Shown here piece by piece: positions 37,107-49,650 of a stretch of 64,000 nucleotides of DNA. The notes beneath the pieces were generated by a model that was given only the letters and a program-made list of their open reading frames with translations, was not told where the DNA came from and did not search any database. Source of the DNA: Octopus sinensis (taxonomy: Eukaryota); the NCBI RefSeq assembly GCF_006345805.1, contig NC_043022.1, forward strand, positions 9,176,001 to 9,240,000, read 5' to 3'. The stretch's first letter is position 1. Each line of letters opens with the position of its first letter. Position numbers and translations under genes: made by a program.

Positions 37107-38539
37107 TCTCTTATTATAAAAGGCAGATTTTATCTGCCTCCCTTTGTAAGTTATAGAAATCTACAATATAGGATTTCTTCAATTACAATTTACCTAGCAT
37201 TTTTAAGAGTAGAATGCATCGGGTCATGCCAGGTCCAGTTTTTAAAATTTAAACTCCAATTAAGCAAAATTTACAGAAAACTCACATTCTGGTGTGTATG
37301 TCAAATGCTTTTCTTAGTCTGGTTTACAGCACATGCAAACGCACACACACAGTGTGCAACGAATAAAATGAAAGTAAATAGCGATAGAGTGATTTGAGGA
37401 AGACTAAAGTGAAAGTATTTAAACCACTACTCAAAAAATAAAAAAACACAGCAAACAGAAACAAATAAATACACAACGATTTACTCCTCACACAATTTCT
37501 TCAATTAGAATTTACCTAAGATTTTTCAAAGTACTCCATTCGCTCATGCCATAATATATTTCTTTCAATTTCACCCCCAATTAAGACAAAATTCGAGAAA
37601 ACTCAATATTTTAACATTTCACTCCGAAAGCATTGATGTACATGTGTGCGTGCGTGAGTGTGTGTGTGTGTGTGTTTGATGGGTTGTGCGACACAGAAAG
37701 TGTGGTGTGTAAGTGAAGTGCTTTTGTTAGTGTGTGTAAAGAGACAGACAGAGTGAAAGACAGAAATAACTGAAGTTTTCACTATGATATCATCACGCGC
37801 GAAAAAATTCGAAGGGTTTTGAACAATTGAGATACAGATGTCACACCTGTATTGAAACCATTGCTAAGCTGCCGTAATTGCTTAATTAAGACTTTGTTTA
37901 AATTGAAAGGGGCAAATATGTGACGAGGTTGAAAAAAAATACCCTAGAAAAAAAAATGTACTGCTGGTATTTATATAATTCACTACTATTTTGCTACAAT
38001 GTCATGAAAAAGAAAAAATTTAGGTATGTAAATCGAATTCGCCACCCCCTTTTCCCCGTTCGCGTAAAAAAAATTATTATTTAAGTTTTAAAAATTATTT
38101 ACTTTGTTCAAAAAATATTAATATTAATTAATTTTTAAGAATTATTTAATTTTATTCTGTAAAATAGTAATTAATTCATTTATCTGTAAATCTGCGAGGT
38201 TGTTACTCAGGCACCTACAATGGTAACCTTCAACTAACACTATCTCCTCCGAGACCCTGCGGCGCAAGTTGACCAAAATTGAGAGTATGGTAGAAGAAGG
38301 GTTGCTCTTCCTTCCGTAGAACATAAAATTCAAATCGGACCATGTTAACACCAAAAATTTTTTACATCAAAAAGATGCTTTTTTCTATGAAAATCCCTAT
38401 TTTTTACGATTTTTTCACTGCTGTGTCACCACTTTTCGGTGTATTTCGACCAGAAAAATGTTCACAAAATTTTTACTTTTCAAAATTACAATTCCAGCGG
38501 GTTGAAACAAACCCGAGCAACGCCGGGCGATACTGCTAG
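37107..38539 (+). mobile_element. Complete non-autonomous Helitron (unit 3)
   Basis: TCTCTTATTATAAAAGG start immediately after the previous CTAG; ends CCCGAGCAACGCCGGG-CGATACTG-CTAG. Confidence 0.9.
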
Positions 38540-38888
38540 TATATTATATAAATGGCAAAATGTCTATGTGTGTATCCTTTATACAAATCTACAATTTTTC
38601 AGTTAGAGGGCTCACACTTTCTATGGTCATTCAAAACCATCAAAGGGTGGTCGTGCACATCTTTACATTTCCCCAGTCACCCCGCAAAGCCATTAAAAAA
38701 TCAATAGAAGTGACTTTTTTGTGAATTTTCTATCCAAAACCCAATCAAAATGCCTGAAACTTGATACACCAATTGAATGCCAGCTAGTTGTATGTGATTG
38801 GTCAGAGATTTGGACAGTACTTGCGTGCACTCAGCTGTATATGCATGCACTAGCACTATGACCCGGCGTTGCCAGGTCATACTGCTAG
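38540..38888 (+). mobile_element. Short non-autonomous Helitron (unit 4)
   Basis: Homologous end to end with 56519-56881; terminal palindrome ending CTAG^T. Confidence 0.9.
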
Positions 38889-38899
38889 TACTGTTTAAA

Positions 38900-39110
38900 T
38901 TTACAAGAAACAAAAGATGAAGACATTTGTAGGAACAACAACCAAGTGTATTAGTTTAACGCTCAGGAAGAATGGTAAAGTCTTTTACGTTTCGAGCCTA
39001 CACTCTTCAAAAGAAAGGACGAAAAGGAAAAAAAATAGAGAATAAAAAAAAATGAAAAAAAGAGAATGAAAAAAACAAAGAGAGAAAAAAAATTTTGTAG
39101 GGATTAACGG
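38900..39110 (-). mobile_element. Penelope-like end with degenerate minimal hammerhead (38980-39020)
   Basis: Minus strand GTCCTTT-CTTTTGA-A-GAGT-GTAG-GCTC-GAAAC-GTA-AAAGAC; downstream TTCCTGAGCG..AA.TAATAC shared with the 8.3-kb element. Confidence 0.55.
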
Positions 39111-39249
39111 TTCAACATAACAAAATAACCAGAAGAAGGCTGAATGAAAAGGAGATAATTACAGTGACCCAACCAAACAAATTTATTCTCACACGTGCAT
39201 GTGAGAATGATGTGTGTAGTGTGTATGTATGAATGGGGGTGAGTGCGCG

Positions 39250-39335
39250 AATATGCATATATATATATGCATATATATATATATATATATGCATATATAT
39301 ATATATTATATATATGCATATATATAATATATATA

Positions 39336-39399
<64 letters not shown>

Positions 39400-39448
39400 G
39401 CATATATATATGCATATATATATATATATATAATATGCATATATATAA

Positions 39449-39544
<96 letters not shown>

Positions 39545-39715
39545 TATATAGCATATATATATATATATATATATATAGCATATATATATATATATATATA
39601 TATATAGATATATATATAGTATATATATATATATATATATATATATGCATAATATATATATATATATCTATATATATATATATATATATATATATGCATT
39701 ATATATATATATATA

Positions 39716-39783
<68 letters not shown>

Positions 39784-39858
39784 TATATATATGCATATAT
39801 ATATATGCATAATATATATGCATATATATATATGCATATATAATATATAATATATATA

Positions 39859-39896
<38 letters not shown>

Positions 39897-39897
39897 C

Positions 39898-39946
<49 letters not shown>

Positions 39947-39950
39947 TATA

Positions 39951-39986
<36 letters not shown>

Positions 39987-40030
39987 TATATATATATATA
40001 TATATATTATTATATATATATATATATATA

Positions 40031-40071
<41 letters not shown>

Positions 40072-40158
40072 TATATATGCATATATATATATATATATAT
40101 ATCGTTGCTAAATTTGGTGTGCGGTAAGGCAATTCGTTGCTAAACCCTTAATTGCTTA

Positions 40159-40195
<37 letters not shown>

Positions 40196-40212
40196 TATAT
40201 ATATATATATAC
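39250..40212. repeat. ~1-kb (TA)n tract punctuated by GC
   Basis: Direct inspection. Confidence 0.95.
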
Positions 40213-40214
40213 TT

Positions 40215-41043
40215 CCACAAAAATGAATATAACATTGACATCGCATTTTAACAGATATATTTACCAAAATTACATAAAAATACCTTGAAATACTAAAGAG
40301 TAAATTTATTCAATAAAATTGCCATTTGCTTCAACCATGGCCTCCAGATGACTTCAGAACCTCCTGCAACTCTTCCGGACAGTCTTCTTGTTTAAGTTAG
40401 TCAATGCTGCCATAATCCTTGCCTTCAGTTCATCTTTGGTGTTGCAAAGAGTTTTATTGGTCTCTCACTCAACTGCGCCCCGCACATAATAATCAAGGGG
40501 ATCGCAGTCTGGGGAGTTAGATGACTAGATGTTAGGGATGATGTGGTTGCAGAAATTGTTTGACAGCCATGACTGGGTTCTCCTGCTTGTGTGGCATGGT
40601 GCAGAGTCCTGTTGCCAGATGTAGTGTCTTCCAGCAGCCACCCTCTTGACACAGAACAGCTCTACCTCTTGGCACTTGATGTAGACCTCCGTGTTGAATC
40701 TGAGGCCATGTGGGAATATGAATGGAGACATAATGTCGCCATCACTAATGATCACACCAAACATCACAAGTTGACTGGATGTTTGATTTGTATCACTCTG
40801 GGTACATGTTTTGGGGACTCAGATTGAAACCCAGCACTCCGAAATGTTCACATTGGAGCTTTTGGTGCAAATGTCAAGCAATACAGCATATCGTTTCCAA
40901 ATTTCTGGTAAAGTGAATTGCATCATGATACTGTTTTTCTCAGACGGTGCCCAGCAGACCCTACTATACTGTGTAGTTGACAAAATCAAAAACAATGTGC
41001 ATGTGCAAAATTAAAAATATCAACTATTTACCATCACACCCTG
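40215..41043 (-). mobile_element. Tc1/mariner DD37D (maT) transposon, internally deleted
   Basis: TA-CAGGGTGTGATGG terminus at 41043; peptide FIFPHGLRFNTEVYIKC...WQQDSAPCHTSRRTQSWL. Confidence 0.9.
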
Positions 41044-41407
41044 TATATGTGTGTGTGAGATGACTATTTTAATGGCATAAATGTTTATTGGTTACTCTAT
41101 GTAATTACACACACAAAGACACATATGGAGACACACATCCATACATAACAGACGCACATACATAGTCGCACAAACCCCTCCACATAGACACATTCAAACA
41201 TGCGCGCACAAAGAGAAAGAGGTACACACACAAATACACACACGCATACATACAGACACACACACAAACGCATATGTAGAATACACGCACACATACATAC
41301 ATGCATACACAAGCGCACATGCACACAAACAGACAAAACAGACAGATTCAACATCCATTGACAAGGCTGCAAAAGCAACAAACATTTTGGAAGAAAAAAG
41401 TATAAAT

Positions 41408-41520
41408 AACAAGAGCATTCAGAGAGAGCGCAAACCTCCGCCAAGGCAACACAAATATCATCTCAGAGATGATTTTTAAAATGAGAATATCTGAAGTAAA
41501 CCTGACTGCTCTCACTAATG
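41408..41520 (+). mobile_element. Possible Helentron-associated (HINE-like) element end
   Basis: AACAAGAGCATTCAGAGAGAGCGCAAACCTCCGCCAAGGC resembles termini I recall from such elements; the other end was not seen. Confidence 0.4.
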
Positions 41521-41807
41521 AGAATGCTCTTCCTCCTTTGGATGCCTCCAATCAGAAATCTGAGGCTTGCCACTAAGATTGCTATCTATCATGCTGTTGT
41601 CATCGCAACATTATAAGGGATGTTGCCCATTATGTTGTTTGTGAATCTGAGATGACAATGTCTCTTTTTCCTCAAGTTTCTCAAGTCGGATTAGTTCAAA
41701 TGTGCAGCTCTTTCACTGAAGAAGGAGCGCCAGGTTTGCTGGTTCCGATTTATGGTTACACCAGTTTGAAAAAAAAAAAAAGAAGAAAGATATTTCAGAA
41801 CATGCCA

Positions 41808-42180
41808 CACTCTTTTACTCTTTCTTACTTGTTTCACTCATTTGACTGCGACCCCGCTGGAGCACTGCCTTTAGTCGATGTAATTGACCCCAGGACTTAT
41901 TCTATCGGGATCTTTTGCCGAACTGCTAAGTTACAGGGATGTAAACACACCAACATCGGTTTTCAAGTGATGGTTGGGGGATAAATACAGACACACAAAT
42001 ACATACATACATATACGATGGGCTTCTTTCACTTTCTGTTTACCAAATCAACTCACAAAGCTTTGGTCGGCCCAAGGCTATAGTAGAAGACACTTGCCCA
42101 AGGTGCCACACAGTGGGACTGACCCCGGAACCAAGTGTTGGGGAAGCAAGCTTCTTACCACACAGCCACTCCTGTGCCTA
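41808..42180 (-). mobile_element. SINE family A
   Basis: Full head and tail. Confidence 0.85.
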
Positions 42181-42759
42181 TATAATTATCAAATGAAAGG
42201 TAGTTACATTACATTCAAATTTTGGCACCAGGCCAGCAATTTCAGGGGATGGGCAAGTCGATTAGAATAGCCCCAGTGCTCAACTAGTACTTATTTTATC
42301 AACCCCAAAAGGATGAAAGACAAAGTCGACCTCGGCAGAATTTGAACTCAAAACATAAAGACAGACAAGAAATTGTTATATTGATTGCACAACTGATATT
42401 GTCAAAAACCAATGCAAGATCCATTTACTTATAATGTCAGAGTTACATGTCTTGCTAAATGGTAGAACGACACATTAACTTAATTTCTCTCATATGTATG
42501 TAACCGAAATAAAAACTGGGTATAGAATAACTGGATGTATATATAAATATAGTAACGGCCAACTAGTATATACGTTAACAAAGAACCACATGCTAGTATT
42601 ACCAAAGTCTGGTTTGACACAAAATCTAAACAAATAGGAAAACTAAATATACATTTCAAACATGGAAAAATTATGTCTAGAAAGACATCACTTTGGAAAA
42701 TAATTTTGTTGCTGTTGTCATTATCATTCTTCTTCTTCTTCTTACTATTATTATTATTA

Positions 42760-42789
<30 letters not shown>

Positions 42790-42795
<6 letters not shown>

Positions 42796-43625
42796 TATTA
42801 TTATCATTATCATTATTATCTTCTGAGTTCAAAATTCACCAAGGTCAACTTTACCTTTCATCCTTTTAGGGTCGATAAATTAAATACCAGTGATATATTG
42901 AGGATTGATGTAATCAACTAATCCCCTCCCCTCAAAATTCCAGGCCTTGTGCCTTTAAAAGAAAGGATTATTATCTTTATTTTAAGGCAGTGATCTGGCA
43001 TAGTTGTTAGCATGCCAGCAAAATGTTTGCCGGTATTTTGTCTGTCAACTACATTCCAAGTTCAAATCACACCAAGGTTAACTTGCCTTTCTTCCTTTCG
43101 GGATCAATAAGAAAAGTATCAGTGAAACACTGATGTAGATTTAATCGACTTAACCCCTCCCCCAAAATTTCAGGCCTTGTGCCTGTAGCAAAAAGGATTA
43201 TTATATTATTATCATTATCATTATTATCTTCTGAGTTCAAAATTCACCAAGGTCGACTTTACCTTTCATCCTTTTAGGGTCGATAAATTAAATACCAGTG
43301 ATATATTGAGGATTGATGTAATCAACTAATCCCCTCCCCTCAAAATTCCAGGCCTTGTGCCTTTAAAAGAAAGGATTATTATCTTTATTTTAAGGCAGTG
43401 ATCTGGCATAGTTGTTAGCATGCCAAGCAAAATGTTTGCCGGTATTTTGTCTGTCAACTACATTCCAAGTTCAAATCACACCAAGGTTAACTTTGCCTTT
43501 CTTCCTTTCGGGATCAATAAGAAAAGTATCAGTGAAACACTGATGTAGATTTAATCGACTTAACCCCTCCCCCAAAATTTCAGGCCTTGTGCCTGTAGCA
43601 AAAAGGATTATTATTATTATTATCA
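42790..43625. repeat. Near-perfect 408-bp tandem duplication made of family B SINEs and (ATT)n
   Basis: TTCTGAGTTCAAAATTCACC at 42821 and 43229; copies differ by about 3 bases. Confidence 0.9.
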
Positions 43626-43866
43626 TTACTCTAAGGCAGGGAGCTGGCAGAATCGTTAGCATACCAGGCAAAACGCTTAGTGACATTTCATCCATCTCTA
43701 CATTCTGAATTCAAACTTCCCTGAGGTCGACTTTGCCTTTCATCCTTTTGGGGGTCGATGAGGTTAGAGTTAGGGTTAGTGGAGTTGATGTAATTGATTA
43801 GCTCCCTCCCACAAAATTTCAGGCCTTGTGCCTACAGTAGAAAGAATTATTATTATTATTATTATT

Positions 43867-44096
43867 TTATGTTTGACTTTTGCTTTACATTTGCACAAGT
43901 TGGCTCCAAGTCTCACCCAGAGACCTCAAGAGACAACAAGTTGGAAGTTCATGTTGGTGTTATGCCTAGGGTGCCATATATTTGGTTTTGTACTTAGTGT
44001 TGTACTAGTGAATGTTTAAGAAACCATAAGAAAATTATATTTGTTTTAAAACTTGAGATTACATAGAAAGTATTTTGCATAGGATATGGGCAGTTC
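43867..44096 (-). mobile_element. Severely 5'-truncated copy of the R4/Dong LINE (3' UTR plus last ~12 codons)
   Basis: Homologous to 14806-15056 (TAHIL.KILSM*); (TTA)n on both sides. Confidence 0.9.
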
Positions 44097-44780
44097 TTCT
44101 TCTTCTAATTATTATTATTATATTATTATTATTATTTTATTATTTTTTAAGGCAATAAGCTGACAGAATGGTTAGCATGCCAAACAAAATGCTTAGTTGC
44201 ATTTTTGTCTTTTACATTCCGAGTTCAAATTCCACAGAGATTGATTTCGCCTCACCTGTTTCCAAGCATGCTAATATTTCCCCATGGCCAGACATGTGTG
44301 CGAAAGGCTCATTCTAATCAGTATAAACACAAAACAGGTAGACTGTTTGGGCCAGATATGATTGGATGAAACGCAAAAGGTTAGGGCATGAAGAAACTCT
44401 CACGAGATTTGAATAGTAGAAGACCTTTAGAGAAGAAACCTCACTCAAGCAAGTGTTTTAGCCCTTAATCTTTTTTCTGGGGCCAGATATCATATTCTCT
44501 TCTTGCCTTTCTGCTGACATTTTTTTTATCCATTTTTATATCGGAGACTTGCTGTGCATTTAAAACATATTCTTGTACTTGCTTCATTCATTTGAGTGTG
44601 GCCATGCTGGAACACTGCACTGAACAGTTTTAGTCAAACAAATCAACCCCAGGGCTATTTTTTTAAAATCTAGTACTTATTCTATCATAACTGCTAAGTT
44701 GTGGGGATGTAAACATACGGTTGTCACAGACAATGAAGATACACACACAAATATATACATATATATATGTATATATATGT

Positions 44781-44840
<60 letters not shown>

Positions 44841-44980
44841 ATATAAGAGATAATGGTGTCATTGAGACCCAAAGATGTCAGGTAATGCTGAATAAGTGCT
44901 ATAGACAGACCATAGTTAAGTTCCAGATTCAGTAATATTGCGAATAGAGGGTTCAATGTTGGTTCTATGTCAGCGTGTGT

Positions 44981-45110
44981 ATATAAGAATTTTTTTGCAT
45001 AATAAGATAAAAAAGCAAAGGCTGTATAGATATTAGAGCATTTATAGTTAGACGGTCTAACGTTTATACAGCCTTGGTTTTTATCTTATTACGCAAAAAC
45101 ATTCTTATAT
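44981..45110. mobile_element. ~130-bp foldback MITE-like palindrome next to (TA)n
   Basis: ATATAAGAATTTTTTTGCATAATAAGATAAAAAAGCAAAGGCTGTATA pairs with TATACAGCCTTGGTTTTTATCTTATTACGCAAAAACATTCTTATAT. Confidence 0.7.
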
Positions 45111-45141
45111 ATATATATATATACATATATGTATATATATG

Positions 45142-45187
<46 letters not shown>

Positions 45188-47261
45188 TATAACGGGCTTT
45201 TCTCAGTTTCCGTCAACCAAATCCACTCACAAGGTTTTGGATGGCCTGAGGATACAGTAGAAGACACTTGCTCAAGATGCCATGCAGTGGGACTGAACTC
45301 GGAACCATATGGTTGGGAAGCAAGCACCTTACCACACAGCCGGAGATTTTGCTGACAAGATCTAGCTGGAACCTCACTCTGTTGCCTCTTTTCAAACATT
45401 CCTTGAGTATAGAAATAACATTAATAGTCATGGTAGCAGTGAAACACTGAGTTGAAAAGCAAAAATAAAATAGACTGTAATTCGGGCACAAGGCTAGCAA
45501 TTTTGAGGGGTGGGGGGCAGGAGGGGGTTTAGTCAAATCAAATGACTGTTATTTAATTTTATTAACTCCCCACCATTGGAATGCCAAAATTGACCATCCT
45601 TCCTAAACCTGAAATTACATGGCTTCAAAGTGAACTTTTTAAACAATCCAGCCATGCCTGCACCAGCATATATGCATGCATGTGTGTGTGTATGCATGTA
45701 TCTCCATAAGTCTCTCTCTCTCTCTCTCTCTCTCTCCCTCTCTATCTATCTATCTGTCTATCTCTCTGTGTCGGTGAGTGACAAAATCTGGCTTAGCATC
45801 TGCTCTACTTTTAAGAAATGTGTTAAAATTGGCATCATCGCAACAGAAGTGTCATTAAGTACACACTGCACTGATAAACATTCCTCAAACTATGTTTACT
45901 CAACTTGCTAAAATTATCAGCCAAATTTATTCAAATCACAACCATGCCATATTCAAAAAAAAAAAATTAAATAAATAAATAAAAATATAAAAAAAAGGAA
46001 GGACACATTGCATAATTTTAGCCAAATGATCACGGCTGGAATGTCCTTTGCAATACATTGGCTCCATCATGGATGGCCTGGTGCTACACTACAATGTCCT
46101 TGATAATTTTATTATTGGCTGATATAGTTATATATTTATGCATTTGTCTATGCATGCATCATAGCATGTGTTTGTGTGTGTGTGTGAGTGTGTTTGTTCA
46201 CATATACATAGGTACAGGCATGGCTGTGTGGTAAGAAGCTTGCTCCCCAACCACATGGTTCTGGGTTTAGTCCCTCTGTGTGACATCTTCTCCTATGGTA
46301 GAAGACGCTGTGAGTGAATTTCTACTGTAGTCAATGGAAGACTGGGCCAATGGAAACCTTGTCAATGGACTTGGTAGATGGAAACTGAAAGAAACCCATC
46401 ATATATATGTGTGTGTATGTGTATGTATATATATATATACACATATCATCATCATCGTTTAACGTCTGCTTTCCATGCTAGCATGGGTCAGACGATTTTG
46501 ACTGAGGGCTGGCGAACCAGATAGTTGCACCAGGCTCCAATCTTGATTTGGCAGAGTTTCTACAGCTGGATGCCCTTCCTAACACCAACCATACAGCTGG
46601 ATGCCCTTTCTAATGCCAACCATGCCCTTCCTAATACATATTCTTGTATTCTTATACATGTTTCAGTCATTTGACTGCAACCATGCTGGAGTACCACCTA
46701 AAAGGGTTTTAGTTGAAGAAATTGACTCCAGGACTTATTTTTTGCAAGCCTAGTACTTATTCTGTGACTTTCCTTTGTCAAACCACTAAGTTACGGGGAC
46801 ATAAACACACCAACATTTGTTGTCAAGCTCTGAGATTAGTTGAGATGCTGTGTTTTTTTCCAATTAATTTTAAATGTAACAAAGAATTTAGTAAAATAAC
46901 TTAGTTATCGTTAAGCTAGTGTTAGGAACATAAATTGTGACTAAGGTTTGGTGGAAGATTTTAATTCAGAACTTTTGGAAACAAGACATTTGTACTACAG
47001 AGCCAGAGGTGGTTTCAGGTGGGGTGGTACCAAAAAGGTGAAATAGGATATAAAGTTTGCCTTTTGATATCACTACTGCTTCTATTGCTAATAGTTAAAT
47101 TTTAATAAGCCACTGGCTATTCATAACTGTTGTTCAACACCAAAAACACACACACACGTAAACATGTATATACATACTAAGATTCTTTTAGTTTCCATCT
47201 ACCAAATCCACTCATAAGGCTTTGGTTGGCCAGAACAGTAGCAGAAAAATTAAAATTTAAA

Positions 47262-48553
47262 AGGCGGCGAGCTGGCAGAAACATTAGTATGCCAGGCGAA
47301 ATGCTTAGTGGTATTTTGTCTGCCGTTACGTTTTGAGTTCAAATTCCGCCGAGGTCGACTTTGCCTTTCATTCTTTCCGCGTCGATAAATTAAGTACCAG
47401 TTATGCACTGGAATGGATGTAATCGACTTAACCCTTTTGTCTGTCCTTGTTTGTCCTCTCTGTGTTTAGCCCCTTGTGGGTAGTAAAGAAATAGGTATTT
47501 TATCTGCTGTTACGTTCAAATTCTGCTGAGGTCGACTTTGCTTTTCATCCTTTCGGGATCGATAAATTAAGTACCAGTTATGCACTGGAGTCGATGTAAT
47601 CAACTTAACCCTTTTGTCTGTCCTTGTTTGTCCTCTCTGTGTTTAGCCCCTTGTGGGTAGTAAAGAAATAGGTATTTTATCTGCTGTTACGTTCAATTCT
47701 GCTGAGGTCGACTTTGCTTTTCATCCTTTCGGATCGATAAATTAAGTACCAGTTATGCACTGGAGTCGATGTAATCAACTTAACCCTTTTGTCTGTCCTT
47801 GTTTGTCCTCTCTGTGTTTAGCCCCTTGTGGGTAGTAAAGAAATAGTTATTTCTTCTGCTGTTACGTTCAAATTCTGCTGAGGTCGACTTTGCTTTTCAT
47901 CTTTTCGGGATCGATAATTAAGTACAGTTATGCACTGGAGTCGATGTAATCAACTTAACCCTTTTGTCTGTCCTTGTTTGTCCTCTCTGTGTTTAGCCCC
48001 TTGTGGGTAGTAAAGAAATAGTTATTTCTTCTGCTGTTACGTTCAAATTCTGCTGAGTCGACTTTGCTTTTCATCCTTTCGGGATCGATAAATTAAGTAC
48101 CAGTTATGCACTGGAGTCGATGTAATCAACTTAACCCTTTTGTCTGTCCTTGTTTGTCCTCTCTGTGTTTAGCCCCTTGTGGTAGTAAAGAAATAGGTAT
48201 TTTATCTGCTGTTACGTTCAAATTCTGCTGAGGTCGACTTTGCTTTTCATCCTTTCGGGATCGATAAATTAAGTACCAGTTATGCACTGGAGTCGATGTA
48301 ATCAACTTAACCCTTTTGTCTGTCCTTGTTTGTCCTCTCTGTGTTTAGCCCCTTGTGGGTAGTAAAGAAATAGGTATTTTATCTGCTGTTACGTTCAAAT
48401 TCTGCTGAGGTCGACTTTGCTTTTCATCTTTTCGGGATCGATAAATTAAGTACCAGTTATGCACTGGAGTCGATGTAATCAACTTAACCCTTTTGTCTGT
48501 CCTTGTTTGTCCCCTTGTTTGTCTGTCCTTGTTTGTGGGCAATAAAGAAATAA
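47262..48553 (+). repeat. SINE family B concatemer: one headed monomer plus six headless ~176-bp units, inserted in a family A SINE
   Basis: Unit starts at 47494, 47671, 47846, 48021, 48196 and 48373; family A sequence on both sides (47180-47248, 48553-48655). Confidence 0.92.
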
Positions 48554-48869
48554 GAACTATAGCAGAAGACACTTGCCCATGACGCCATGCAGTGGGATTG
48601 ACCTTGGAACTATGTGGTTGGGAGGCAAGCTTCTTACCACACAACCACACCTGTGTCTATAGCTGTGTGTACTTTTTTTTTAAAATAAGATGGTGGCATA
48701 GTTATTTATGGCATAAAAGAAGGAAGTGGAAATAAGATATTTATCCATTACTTGGTTGTTGCTTGAGCTGACTCCCAATAAACCTGATCTAAAAAAAGGA
48801 TTACAGGTTGTAAGACAGAAAACGGGAGCAGCAGGATTTCAGCAGGTGGGGGGAGATGATGTGGGAATA

Positions 48870-49394
48870 AAGAGAGAGACAGTGAGAAAAGGGAGTAAGA
48901 GAGATAGATTAAGAGAATGGGTAAGTGGAAGAGACAGACTAAGAGAGAGAGAGAGAGTGGAAGAATGCAACAGATAGAAGGGGACAGACACACACACAAC
49001 ATCAACACAAGGACACACACACACAAACAAACAAACAAGCTTTTTTCAGTTTTATGTGAAAGGTTACATAAGAAAGAGTGAGAGAGGAATAGAGAGAGAG
49101 TGAGAGAGGAATAGAGAGAGAGAAGAGAGAGACAATGTGGGAATAAGAGACAGACTGTAAGAAAGGGAGAAAAGGGAGTAGAAGAGACAGATTAAGAGAG
49201 AGAGAGAGAGAGAGAGAGTAGGAGAATACAAAAGATGGAGTGAAGAAGATTGGGAAAGGTTACAAATCTGAGAGAAAGAGAGAGAGAGAATGTAGGAATA
49301 AGAGAGAGAGAGAGAAAAGGGAGTAGAAGAGAAAAATTATGAGAAAATGTGGGAGAATACAAACGATACAGGGAGATAGACTGTGAAGCATTAC

Positions 49395-49429
<35 letters not shown>

Positions 49430-49650
49430 AAAAGAAAGAAAAGGGAGCAGAAGAGAAAGATTGAGTGAGTGAGTGAATAGACGAAACAGAGTGAAAGATA
49501 GTATGTAAGGAATTACATGAGAGAGATATGATAGGAGAGCAAGAGACAGATTGAGAGAGAGAGAGAGAGAGTGGGGGAATACAAGAGATTGAGATAGACA
49601 GTAAGAGATTACAAGAGAGACAGAGAGAGAGAGGGGAGAGCGAGAGAGAA
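48870..49650. repeat. (GA)n purine-rich low-complexity tract
   Basis: Direct inspection. Confidence 0.85.
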
